Of a DNA stretch of 64,000 nucleotides, positions 48,035 through 58,093 are shown in pieces. Every line of letters begins with the position of its first letter. Within the stretch, counting starts at the first letter, position 1. The notes under the pieces are model-generated. The model was not told the DNA's origin, did not search any database, and worked only from the letters and a program-made list of their open reading frames with translations. Source of the stretch: a virus (taxonomy: Duplodnaviria; Caudoviricetes); the IMG/VR virus record IMGVR_UViG_3300025121_000013; one strand, written 5' to 3'. The position numbers were made by a program, and so were the translations under genes.

Positions 48035-49252
48035 TCATTCTTCGAAAAATTCCGGAAGCCTAATTATCGGGCCTGTCCCTTCAATTTGAGATTCACTGCC
48101 TCTGTGATTTAAAATCCATAAAATCGAATGTGGCAAATGACTATCTCCACGAGAATGTTTATCACACTCTCCATCGGTAAAGACTAAATTAACATCAGAA
48201 TTAATTTCTTTTAATCTTGCAAGACCTGGTTGTAAAGTAGTTCCATGCCGCCCATGAAATTTAGGTTGAATGTCTGATATTTTTTTAACTGAATATTCTT
48301 TTTGAACTTGTGTATCATTTTCTAAAACGGTGATTGAGACATCTGGATCCTTTTCTAAAATATTTTTAATCGATGATAATCCTTCAGCCATGTCGCGCAA
48401 ACCCATTGATCCAGAGGTATCAATTAAAACCCCTATGGAAAAAGTCCTTTTCCTTTTATAGCCAGGATAAGGAAGAATCCTTGTCATTTTCTCCTTGACA
48501 ATATAAATTTTCTTTTTATTTAAAATCATTCTTCGTTGCATTATAGCTCTTCTACTTTTCTTAACAAACCTTCGAATTAATTCATAATATGGCAATGACG
48601 CATTAAAAAATTGATTTAAAAGTTCTTCTAAGTTTCCCCCATCAGATCCTCTATTACTTATTCGTTTCCATTCATCTGCTGCTTTTGACATAACATTTTG
48701 TAAATTTCTTAATTCTTTTTCGATATCTTTAGGAATAAGATGCTCATCAAATTTGAATTCCTGGGGGATGGATTCATCTTTCATTTTCTTTTCTAATTCA
48801 TGATAATACCATTCAAAAGCCATATTTCTTGGTAAATTAAACATTTCAGGTCTTGCGACAGGAAAAAATTTTCCCATGCATGTAACACCGCCTTTAATAT
48901 CTCCAACGTCATTAGCTGCCATATCAACCGCAATAGCAAAAATTTCATAATTAAATTTCTCTTTTTTTATCTCCTTCAATTCTCTTAATCTAAATAAGTG
49001 TTTTAAAATTAAATGATATCCCTCATGAACCAAAACTTTCTCAATATCTTCCTTTGACATTGTAGAAAAATATTCAGAATTTACGCAAAGGTTTATCTCT
49101 TTATTTTCAAGCGCAACAGCACATATTTGTCCCGGAAAATGATATTTTTTATTGACCCTTGAAAATAGAAAGCCCCAGAAACTGTTTCTGACAATTAAAT
49201 CACAAATTACACCCTCAACTTTTTCCTTTATCTGTTTCTGAATCTGATCCAT
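48035..49252 (-). CDS. DUF2201-like HExxH metallopeptidase-vWA protein
   Basis: LVHEGYHLILKH; IDTSGSM MIDAS; GRHGTTL, VFTDG; ATG at 49252 after AAAGGA. Confidence 0.82.
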   Translation of the reverse strand: MDQIQKQIKEKVEGVICDLIVRNSFWGFLFSRVNKKYHFPGQICAVALENKEINLCVNSEYFSTMSKEDIEKVLVHEGYHLILKHLFRLRELKEIKKEKFNYEIFAIAVDMAANDVGDIKGGVTCMGKFFPVARPEMFNLPRNMAFEWYYHELEKKMKDESIPQEFKFDEHLIPKDIEKELRNLQNVMSKAADEWKRISNRGSDGGNLEELLNQFFNASLPYYELIRRFVKKSRRAIMQRRMILNKKKIYIVKEKMTRILPYPGYKRKRTFSIGVLIDTSGSMGLRDMAEGLSSIKNILEKDPDVSITVLENDTQVQKEYSVKKISDIQPKFHGRHGTTLQPGLARLKEINSDVNLVFTDGECDKHSRGDSHLPHSILWILNHRGSESQIEGTGPIIRLPEFFEE

Positions 49253-50411
49253 TAAGGGTCCTTTCATGAACTTCGACTCTGAATTTTTCAAACCTCGTTA
49301 GATCTCTCATCAATAAAGCTATATATTTAAAAGACTCTTCAGCCTTTATTTTATTAAATTCAGACAAAAATATTTGAAAAATATCCCTTGGAATCATACA
49401 AAAGAATTCAGAGATGCCTTCCTTTTGAGCATCAGTTAACCCAGGGGTATTATTTTTCAAAGTCAAAAATAATCCAACTGTCAATTCTGAGGCACTAAAA
49501 TTATCAGTTTCACAAATTACCTTCACCGCGTCCTTTATTGTTTCAAAATTAAAAATAATTTTATCAGGGCTAATGGTTTCATTTTTCTGTACATATTCAA
49601 TGAATTGTGATGACATCCCAGTATTTATCAATCCAGAAATAAGTAAATCAATGCTTTCTATCTCCGAAGCATTCGTGCTTCTAATTTCCATCAATTTTAA
49701 AATTTCTGATACCTTTTCCCAAGATGATGGATTTGCAAATGCCTGCCCATTATGATGAGATTGATTATCATAAAGTCTGTCTGTAAAATTCATAATAAAG
49801 TTTGTAACAAATGGATGAAATTTAGAATTTATTGCATAATTGATCCATTCTGAAGTACTGCATTCACATCCAATATGCAACGACCGTCTCATTCCAGCGG
49901 AGTCGTCAATCGTATTCATTGAATAATTATCGTCATCTGGGTTATCAATAGAGACCACAAACCATCCTCTTGGAAAAGATTTTGTATGAATTCGGCATTC
50001 ATTCTGAGCTTGCCAAAGAAGCATTTGAAGATTCGTGTCGCCCCTTGAAAATTCGTCTAAAACCAAAATTCCAAATTCTTCCTTTGAAGGAACAAAATCT
50101 GAATAAAGCATCTTAAATTGATCGGATTCCCCAATCGGATAAGGAATCAAAAAATCATCTCTTGTAATAACCGGGCACTTTAATTCAATAAATCCAAACT
50201 CAACTTTCAATTCTTCTTGAAGTTCCAATGCAATTTGCCTTAAAATATCAGTTTTTCCAATTCCCGCATTTCCAATCAAACGAATAGAAATTTTAATTGG
50301 TGATTCTCCATTAAGTATTTTTTTAGTCATTTGGGTAAAATATTTTTTCAAAATTATTTTAGCTTTACCTATACTTGTTTTTTGTATATTCAGCTTCTTG
50401 ATATAGTCCAT
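49215..50411 (-). CDS. MoxR/dynein-related AAA+ ATPase
   Basis: GNAGIGKT, LVLDEFSRG, sensor N, RR arginine finger, PSSWE. Confidence 0.85.
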   Translation of the reverse strand: MDYIKKLNIQKTSIGKAKIILKKYFTQMTKKILNGESPIKISIRLIGNAGIGKTDILRQIALELQEELKVEFGFIELKCPVITRDDFLIPYPIGESDQFKMLYSDFVPSKEEFGILVLDEFSRGDTNLQMLLWQAQNECRIHTKSFPRGWFVVSIDNPDDDNYSMNTIDDSAGMRRSLHIGCECSTSEWINYAINSKFHPFVTNFIMNFTDRLYDNQSHHNGQAFANPSSWEKVSEILKLMEIRSTNASEIESIDLLISGLINTGMSSQFIEYVQKNETISPDKIIFNFETIKDAVKVICETDNFSASELTVGLFLTLKNNTPGLTDAQKEGISEFFCMIPRDIFQIFLSEFNKIKAEESFKYIALLMRDLTRFEKFRVEVHERTLNGSDSETDKGKS

Positions 50412-50430
50412 AACCTATTCCCTTCTGTGG

Positions 50431-50468
50431 AAAATAAGGCGAGAGGTTTCATCCCCTCGCCTTATTTT
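50431..50468 (-). terminator. intrinsic (bidirectional) terminator
   Basis: AAAATAAGGCGAG...CTCGCCTTATTTT with T-rich tails on both strands. Confidence 0.8.
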
Positions 50469-50487
50469 TTTATTTGGTTTCGTATTA

Positions 50488-51366
50488 TTAAATATCTAAA
50501 TTAAAATCAAACATGTTAGCGATTTTTTCTTTTTGAGAATTGGTTGAGGTATTTTCTTCTTTTGACTTTTCTTGCGTCTTTGCCGATTCAGAAAACATTT
50601 GATCCTTAGATACTTGCTTATTATTTTTTGACCAATCAAATTTTTCATCGAAGTCAGGTAAAAACTTTTTAGCAATTTTTAATACGGTGAGTACATTTTC
50701 TTTTGAAACTTCATTGATGGCCTCAAGTAAGAATACACTTTTAGGCCCGTAATTTGAATCTTCTTTACCGACTGTGATCTTTGTTACAACCTTCTTATTA
50801 TTCACGACCCTTTTTTCAAATTCTTCTTCACCAGGAAATAAAACTAAATCAAAGTTTTCTTCAGAAAGTTTATCAAGATAATCTCCAACATTTTTATATT
50901 TCATTCCATTCGCTCGGATAAAAACTAAAATCGGTTTATTATCTTTATCTATAATCGGCTTTCCTGTTTGGTCAGTATAAATACCTGACAAAATAATATG
51001 TTCTCTACATGTTGAACAAAAACTATCATTTCTTCGTTCCGAGCTATTTTCTGGACAAACTTTTTCTGATGATCCTTTAAATGGAGAACTATTTTTATAA
51101 GAAAAACATTTTAATTTTCTCTGAGTTCCCATACTAATTTCATTTACAAAAACTTTTTTAACATGTAAAATTATCATATTTACATCATTGTGATTTGAAG
51201 AAACCCCACGTATTTGTAATTTGCCTGGTTCTTCTTTTACCCCAGAACTTTCATTAAATCTTGAGATTCCACTAATATAAATTGAATGAAAAATTTCATC
51301 CTCAGGCGCCACCATTTTTTTCTTACTGGAAGATTCCCCATACAGTCCTTCAAATTCATCCTTCAT
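50488..51366 (-). CDS. possible single-stranded DNA-binding protein
   Basis: About 290 aa, CxxxC...CxxC cluster, flexible linker and acidic/aromatic tail MFDFNLDI. Confidence 0.4.
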   Translation of the reverse strand: MKDEFEGLYGESSSKKKMVAPEDEIFHSIYISGISRFNESSGVKEEPGKLQIRGVSSNHNDVNMIILHVKKVFVNEISMGTQRKLKCFSYKNSSPFKGSSEKVCPENSSERRNDSFCSTCREHIILSGIYTDQTGKPIIDKDNKPILVFIRANGMKYKNVGDYLDKLSEENFDLVLFPGEEEFEKRVVNNKKVVTKITVGKEDSNYGPKSVFLLEAINEVSKENVLTVLKIAKKFLPDFDEKFDWSKNNKQVSKDQMFSESAKTQEKSKEENTSTNSQKEKIANMFDFNLDI

Positions 51367-51378
51367 GTTTTATCACCT

Positions 51379-51957
51379 CTATTTATTTGGGGTTAGGAAA
51401 AAGTTTTCTCCTTCTGAATAAATTGTAAATACATCATTAAACCAGCACTTCAATCTTTTTCCAGAAAGTTCTGTTGAAATAAAATCCCTAATTTCTTTTG
51501 GCTCAGGAAGTTTAAAATCTGGGGCCATTTGAATTGTAATGGGAGATACCTTCTTTACATTATCTACGGTTATTGAGGGAATTAATTTTGTATGGGGGCA
51601 ATACACAATTACCAATTTATCCCCAACCATTCGATAAATTTCGTTCTTGTAAAAAAATAAATTAGTATCCAAATCTCTCATAATTCGACCAGACCCCGAT
51701 CCTATAATTCGAGTGATTGAGGTATGTCTGCGGCACAAAAGGTTCTTTTTCTTAGTATCTTTACAAGCTTCACAATCTGAATTATCAATTTTAATTTCAG
51801 TAAAGATTTCAAAATTTGGATCTGATGCCTTTTGAAAAAAGCTCATAATTCTCTGCTTCGACAAGATAAATTTCATTAAAGTGATAGGGTAAACTTCTTC
51901 ATTCTCAACCATTTTTTCAAGGCTAAAAGCATCTAACATCGTTCTCGAACCTTTCAA
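51379..51957 (-). CDS. hypothetical protein with Zn-finger-like motif
   Basis: CEACK...CRRH. Confidence 0.6.
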   Translation of the reverse strand: MKGSRTMLDAFSLEKMVENEEVYPITLMKFILSKQRIMSFFQKASDPNFEIFTEIKIDNSDCEACKDTKKKNLLCRRHTSITRIIGSGSGRIMRDLDTNLFFYKNEIYRMVGDKLVIVYCPHTKLIPSITVDNVKKVSPITIQMAPDFKLPEPKEIRDFISTELSGKRLKCWFNDVFTIYSEGENFFLTPNK

Positions 51958-52093
51958 AAAAAGTTTAAAGAGAAAATAAAAAGTTCAAAAAATAGGTTTA
52001 CAATTTTTAAAAATTAGTTCATCAATTCAATTAAAAAAATTAATAAACCTTCTCTTCATTTATTAATATATATAGATAAAAGGTTAATACATA

Positions 52094-52351
52094 TTAGGTT
52101 TCGATTCGTGCAGGTTGCCTATAATTTAATAAATCAAAAAACAAATTTCCCTTAGGAATTTTACTTGAATTAGAAATAAGATGTTTTGTATCAATGGGCA
52201 TCTGGGTATCCACAAAATAAAGAAAACTCCCATTTGAAAAATTAAAAACAACACCATCATGTGTTTCTTGAACTCCAGTTAATGTTTTTCTGGGGCACGT
52301 TAAAATAACGTTTCCTTTCTTAATTGTAACCATAAATTCTTCCATCGTCAT
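52094..52351 (-). CDS. hypothetical protein
   Basis: 85-aa coupled ORF. Confidence 0.6.
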   Translation of the reverse strand: MTMEEFMVTIKKGNVILTCPRKTLTGVQETHDGVVFNFSNGSFLYFVDTQMPIDTKHLISNSSKIPKGNLFFDLLNYRQPARIET

Positions 52352-52941
52352 TTCCTTTCTCGAATCCCAAGTTCAATTTGTGGTTTTTGTTTATCTGAAA
52401 TATATACTATCCAAGATAATATTCCATCTTTAAAATATGTTCTTAAAAAAAGAAAAATGAACATATTGTTTAAATATTTATTAGATAATAAAGAAACTCT
52501 ATTAATTATTTTATTTCTATTCTCGATAGAAAATTTTTTAATATCAATGAAAATTGTAGGAACAACGCCCTCCCATAATTCTATTAAAAAATCAAGATTT
52601 TTAAAATGTAAAAATTCTAAAAATTCCATAAATAATTTAATATCTTCTTTGGTATAAAATTCCTTCTTAGATGGAAAACTAAAATTATAAACATTCTCTA
52701 TTTTATCTAAAATCTTTTCACAAAAAATTTGTAAATATTCATCTGGTAGTTTTAATATATCTTTAATCTCAATTCGATAAATATTTTCAAAAGTGTCTTT
52801 CCCAATATTATCAATTATTTCTATTTCTTGATAATTTAAAAGACCACTATCAATTCTTTGATCTATTTCTTTTTGATCTTGATCTACCGATGGAATTGGA
52901 GTTGTGTCTCCAATTAAAATTTGAGAATTTTCATTATTCAT
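52348..52941 (-). CDS. hypothetical helical protein
   Basis: 197-aa ORF with GGAG SD. Confidence 0.65.
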   Translation of the reverse strand: MNNENSQILIGDTTPIPSVDQDQKEIDQRIDSGLLNYQEIEIIDNIGKDTFENIYRIEIKDILKLPDEYLQIFCEKILDKIENVYNFSFPSKKEFYTKEDIKLFMEFLEFLHFKNLDFLIELWEGVVPTIFIDIKKFSIENRNKIINRVSLLSNKYLNNMFIFLFLRTYFKDGILSWIVYISDKQKPQIELGIRERK

Positions 52942-52994
52942 CTTTTCTCCAAAAAGTTACAAAAAAATTATTTTAATTTAATCTAAATGTACTA

Positions 52995-55900
52995 TCACTT
53001 TGAGAGCATTAAAGAAATAAAATAACTATTCAAAATATCTTTTGTTGGACTCGTTTTTGATTCTTTCCATTTTGTTTGACCGGTTTGAATTATATCTGAA
53101 ACCATTTCATTTTTCATAGCGTGATCATCAGAAAGAGGCCCAAATAATTCTGAAAGAATAGTGGGGCAATTGTAGCTCAGTAAAGCCCACGTATCACCCT
53201 CTCCAACTCGTTGTCCACCTTCCTTTTTCTTTCCAGCTAAAGGTTGTAATGTTTTTCCAGCGACGGGGCCTGTACTTCTTACGTGAACTTTCATTTCTCC
53301 AATATGTTCTAACTTATAAATATAACTATATCCAAAGGGAACTGGCTTAATTGTTTTTGTCCCATATTCAGGTAATGTTAAATAATAAGAATCTTGTAAG
53401 CCAAGAGATTTCAAGGCTTTTGTTATCTGTTCTTTATTTGGTGATTTAAATGGTGGAACTATGATTGGAACAAATGACTCTTTTTTAATTTGCTCAATTA
53501 ATAAATTATAATTTTGATCTGAAAGATTTTTTATTCTATTTATAAAATCAACAGTATATTTTTTATTTTTTGTATTATCTAATAAACTCAATGTCTTATC
53601 AAAAATATTTAAAACATTTATTCTTTTGGGATTTTCGATAATCACCTGAGATAGTTTTTTAGAAATTAATCCACAATACATTTCGTACATTTGACCAATA
53701 TTCATTCGAGAAATGACACCAATAGGATTCATAATAATTTCAACTCTTTCTCCCCAAGGTGTCCTTGGCATATTTTCTCTTTTTTCAACTAACGAAACTA
53801 TTCCTTTATTACCAAATCTTCCACATAATTTATCTCCGATATTTATATTCAATTCTTGTTCAATTTTAAATCTTATAATTAATCCTTTAAAAGGATTTCC
53901 TTTTATTGTGAAATTTTGTTTATCAGGTTTTCCATATCTCTGATTAGTTCTTTGAATTAATTCATTCAATTTTTGAAACTTTGAACTTGGAAGATTTGAC
54001 AAAACCTCAATATCAACTATTCTTCCACCCGGACTCTTTTTAATATATTGTCCTGAAGAAATTAAACTTGAATCGTCGTCATCAATATTATCAAACCCAA
54101 TCAATTGTTCTATCTCTCCAACAGTTTTTCTTATTATTGGATCACCTTTTTTAATATAAGATCCAATTTCTGCTAAATATAATAATCTATCATTTTCAGA
54201 CATAAATATATCTTCAATGATTCCATGGAGTGAAACCATTTTTTGACTTTCAACTAAATCTTCACTTATCACAAGACCATCTTCAAAATTATATCCCTTA
54301 TATGACATATAGCAAGTTGCCAATGTTCTGCCTAACGCAATGGACCCTTTTGAAATGCAACTTCCTTCAGATATAATTTCATCTTTTTTTACATTATCTC
54401 CACTCTTCACAGTATGATTAAAAACGCTTAATGTATTTTTTCCAGAGCCTGATCTTAAATGAACAGGAATTGTACTAATAATTTTTCTTTCGCCTTTTTC
54501 ACATCTTAAATGAATTTCATCTTTATTCACTTTTTCAACTTTTCCATTGCATGGAGATTTTTTTACAAAATTATCTGAAAGCACTCCGCTTAAAATAGAC
54601 TCATAGCCTGTTTGTATAATTGGCGGCTCTGGATTTTTTAAAGGCAAGGCTTGTCTCGCTTGGTTAACTGACATGATAATACGAGCGCCTTCATTATTTT
54701 CCACGAATGGAATCATCACGGCAGTTGTCGATAAAATTCCACTTCTCTCTTCATTATTTATTTCCTTTAATGCAAAAAGTCCTCGGGTTGTAGTTAACTG
54801 TGAGTCAATTGTTAAATGTTGAACGACTCCAATATTAGAACCTTCCGGAGTGTCCAACGGATCAATATTTCCAAAATATGAAGGATGAATATTTCTAGCT
54901 TCAACTTGAACAACCATTTTATCTGGAATGCCACCTACCTTTTTTCCAACAGGGGAAACCCTTGTCATAGTTGACATTTCTTCTATTGGGTTTGCATATT
55001 CCATATCTGTAACAATTTCAGAATTTAAGAACTCGCTCAAAACCTTTGTTGGAGAAAGTAAAAATTTCGCGTTTTTATTTCCCGACAAAACCTGTTCTTT
55101 ATATTGTGTATATGTCATTAAAATTTGTTTTTGTGCTAAATGCACAATAATTTCTGAATTTCTAATTCTCTGGTTTGAAATATCATTTCTATCGATTACA
55201 GTTCCTTTAATGACATTCTCTGTCATATATTGAATGATATCTTCTAAAATAAATGGTTGTTGTTTATCAATTAAAACTTCTTTGACAATTGGGTCAACTA
55301 TATTTTCAAGGTTTGACTGAATTAAAAATGTAGAATTGATTCGTCCAGATAATTTAATTATTACTAAATTAAAAAATTCTTTTGATGGAAATGGTTTATT
55401 GATTTTTAAAGAAGAAAGATCGGCCCGTATCAATGAACTCACCAATTCTTTCTTCAATTCATTATCTACATTTTTAAATAAAATAAATTTATCTTCAGAA
55501 ATCTTCGTAATAAATAAATCCTTTTTTGTTTTAGCGTTAACAAATTCATATTCTATTCCATACCTCTTCAAAGTATTTTCAAACCCAAAGCTAAATGATA
55601 ATAAAACTAATAAAGGTAATTTATATGATGCCATATAAATTTCAAGATAATTTCCAGCTTTTAATCTACGACTCGAAATATGAAAAGAAGAATATGAGCT
55701 TTCAAATTTAGAATCGTATGGTTTTGGAAATGTAATTGGATCTTGTACTATTTGATTTATCAAACATTTCTTTCTTCCATTAATTCTAAAAGCCCCAGTA
55801 TTTGGGTCAATTCTAGGAATTTCCATTTCGATTAAATGCTCATTATTTAATTGATCTCTTAAAATAGTTTTTATAATAGATATATCAGATTTTTCGACTT

Positions 55901-57095
55901 CTCCAGGTCTTTGCGGTTTATCTTGTATTTCTAAATGTTCAATCTTTAAAGGTATTTCTTTTCTTTCGAGAACTTTAAAAGAATTTATCATATCAGTTTT
56001 TAAATTCTTTTCAAAGTCAATTTTTCTTTTTTCAAAAATATGTTTTGGAGATTTATTATCAACTAACATGGGTATATTTGTTTCTTTGGTAACTAAATCT
56101 TTAGAGTTTGATACAGTTTTTTCTCTCATTAAAATTTTATCTGTATATGTTTTATCTATAACATGAACAGCTTTATTTAATCTTTTTATTGGAATATTTT
56201 TTACAATCTTTTTTGTTTCTAAGGGATTGTTATTAATCTTTTGTAATATCGATGATACCGCAATCTTTTTTTGTATATTTTTATCATCTGGTTTATTAAA
56301 GATTTTTTCAACTTCTTTCTTATTTGACTTTAAATAATCTTTTACAATGTTTTTTAACTTGTCAGTATTTTGAATTGGAATCTCATCTTTTCTCACTGTA
56401 TTCAAAACTTTTTCAGAGGCGTCTTTTATTTCTTCGTCTTTTTCTTCCTCTAAATCTGTTTCTTCATATTTTAAAGATCTTAAATAGGGAATAATTCTTT
56501 GTAGATTATATTCTCTTTCTTTAACTAATAGTCTATAATTAGGTTTATCTTTTAATATACAAAAAAGTAAATCATCAAAAAATACCTCTTCATTTTTTAA
56601 CATCTCAAGAATAGGATAAAACTTCCTGTTAATATATTCTGGAAATTCATTATTTACATTTATTGAATATAGAAAAACTTTTGTATAATTTGATGGAAAC
56701 ATTGAAAAAGTTTTTAATAAAATATTTTTAATAAATAACCCACCCCTCTGACGATAATTTCCTGGTTTTAAAGAATTATCAATTGCCTTTAAATAATAAC
56801 TTAAATCAAAAATCAAAGGTTCATTGGGAGGATAATTTACAGATTGAAATGACTTTAAACTATATTTTCGAAAGGCTTTTTGAATTTCTGGATATAATCT
56901 CGATCTTGGAAAATTTGTATTTGGAATTACCACATTTTTCATATCGGTAAAAGAAATATTTAAACTTTTATAATCATCTATTAACATGGAGTTTTCAGGA
57001 AAATACACAATAAGATAAGGTTTAATTTTGCTCCTTTTATAACGAACCACATCGGTAGTTTGTGTATATTGTCTAAACTTATCTATCCAAAGCAT
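52995..57095 (-). CDS. rpoB: phage multisubunit RNA polymerase, beta-like subunit (set 2) with long N-terminal extension
   Basis: DPLDTPEGSNIG, PFVENNEGARIIMSVNQARQ, GYNFEDG, GDKLCGRFGNKG, GGQRVGEGD. Confidence 0.93.
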   Translation of the reverse strand: MLWIDKFRQYTQTTDVVRYKRSKIKPYLIVYFPENSMLIDDYKSLNISFTDMKNVVIPNTNFPRSRLYPEIQKAFRKYSLKSFQSVNYPPNEPLIFDLSYYLKAIDNSLKPGNYRQRGGLFIKNILLKTFSMFPSNYTKVFLYSINVNNEFPEYINRKFYPILEMLKNEEVFFDDLLFCILKDKPNYRLLVKEREYNLQRIIPYLRSLKYEETDLEEEKDEEIKDASEKVLNTVRKDEIPIQNTDKLKNIVKDYLKSNKKEVEKIFNKPDDKNIQKKIAVSSILQKINNNPLETKKIVKNIPIKRLNKAVHVIDKTYTDKILMREKTVSNSKDLVTKETNIPMLVDNKSPKHIFEKRKIDFEKNLKTDMINSFKVLERKEIPLKIEHLEIQDKPQRPGEVEKSDISIIKTILRDQLNNEHLIEMEIPRIDPNTGAFRINGRKKCLINQIVQDPITFPKPYDSKFESSYSSFHISSRRLKAGNYLEIYMASYKLPLLVLLSFSFGFENTLKRYGIEYEFVNAKTKKDLFITKISEDKFILFKNVDNELKKELVSSLIRADLSSLKINKPFPSKEFFNLVIIKLSGRINSTFLIQSNLENIVDPIVKEVLIDKQQPFILEDIIQYMTENVIKGTVIDRNDISNQRIRNSEIIVHLAQKQILMTYTQYKEQVLSGNKNAKFLLSPTKVLSEFLNSEIVTDMEYANPIEEMSTMTRVSPVGKKVGGIPDKMVVQVEARNIHPSYFGNIDPLDTPEGSNIGVVQHLTIDSQLTTTRGLFALKEINNEERSGILSTTAVMIPFVENNEGARIIMSVNQARQALPLKNPEPPIIQTGYESILSGVLSDNFVKKSPCNGKVEKVNKDEIHLRCEKGERKIISTIPVHLRSGSGKNTLSVFNHTVKSGDNVKKDEIISEGSCISKGSIALGRTLATCYMSYKGYNFEDGLVISEDLVESQKMVSLHGIIEDIFMSENDRLLYLAEIGSYIKKGDPIIRKTVGEIEQLIGFDNIDDDDSSLISSGQYIKKSPGGRIVDIEVLSNLPSSKFQKLNELIQRTNQRYGKPDKQNFTIKGNPFKGLIIRFKIEQELNINIGDKLCGRFGNKGIVSLVEKRENMPRTPWGERVEIIMNPIGVISRMNIGQMYEMYCGLISKKLSQVIIENPKRINVLNIFDKTLSLLDNTKNKKYTVDFINRIKNLSDQNYNLLIEQIKKESFVPIIVPPFKSPNKEQITKALKSLGLQDSYYLTLPEYGTKTIKPVPFGYSYIYKLEHIGEMKVHVRSTGPVAGKTLQPLAGKKKEGGQRVGEGDTWALLSYNCPTILSELFGPLSDDHAMKNEMVSDIIQTGQTKWKESKTSPTKDILNSYFISLMLSK

Positions 57096-57757
57096 TATTT
57101 CAATTCTCCAGTCAGAATTTTTTCAAGAGGAGACGCTTCTAATTGTTCCTCAGTTATTAACCCGGTGACAATAGCTTTATTCACATTTTCAAAAGCTAAG
57201 GACTGTAAGAATCCTGTTTGAAAAACTAATTCTTTTATATTCATCATAATTGGATTCCAAGTTTTTCCCATTCTAGCGGGAAAAGCTGTATTTGCTTGAT
57301 CACGTAAAACTTGAGAAATTAAAGTTTCAATATGAACTGAATCCGAGCCAGAAGATTCAAATATTTTAAAAAGTTTATTATAAAGATGAGACACGTCTTT
57401 ATAAATCTCTTTTCCGCCTAAAAGTCTCTCTACATATTGGACCTGTTCTTTTATGTTATCAGTCCCATAACTAGTTGATAAAATAATTTCACCCTCAGAA
57501 AATGTCAATATAATTAAATTCTCAGTTTTTTCCATATTGGAACCATTTATTTCAACTGAGTAGTCGAGAATTAAATCAAATTTATTTTTGTCACTAAATT
57601 GAATACGACTGATTAAAGATCCTAGCCAAATTTGATTTTCTAAAAATTGTATATTATTGTCAATTTCGTAGTCATCTAAATTTAATATTAAAGAACAATC
57701 TTTTTTTGCTATTAAAAAATTATTTTCCTGAGTTAAATAATCAGAGATTTTATACAT
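57095..57757 (-). CDS. RNA polymerase beta' C-terminal fragment (set 2)
   Basis: QVQYVERLLGG (trigger helix 2-like), VHIETLISQVLR, FLQSLAFENV...SPLEKILTG. Confidence 0.8.
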   Translation of the reverse strand: MYKISDYLTQENNFLIAKKDCSLILNLDDYEIDNNIQFLENQIWLGSLISRIQFSDKNKFDLILDYSVEINGSNMEKTENLIILTFSEGEIILSTSYGTDNIKEQVQYVERLLGGKEIYKDVSHLYNKLFKIFESSGSDSVHIETLISQVLRDQANTAFPARMGKTWNPIMMNIKELVFQTGFLQSLAFENVNKAIVTGLITEEQLEASPLEKILTGELK

Positions 57758-58093
57758 TTATGATCTCCTCGTTTTTAATATAAATAGTGTAATTTTTAAT
57801 TTTCTTTTCATTTCTTCATTTTTAAAAAAACATTTAACTCCACAAAATTTTCTGTATGTCAATGAAGAATTAATATATTTTAATATGTTTCCGCATTCAC
57901 ATTTAGGTATTTCATATAAATCATTTAAAATATGATATATTCTTTCACTAAAATTATCTTTTTTTAGATACTTAGTTTCACTAATGATGAAATCATATAT
58001 TTTTCTATCATACTTTTTAATAGTTTGTCTAAAAGACCCAGGATTTTTAATATTCTTTTCTAAAAAATATTTTTTTACTTCAAATCTATCCAT
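57758..58093 (-). mobile_element. truncated homing-endonuclease-like zinc-ribbon ORF between the beta' halves
   Basis: ERIYHILND..IPKCECGN...YRKFCGVKC; no nuclease motif follows. Confidence 0.5.
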
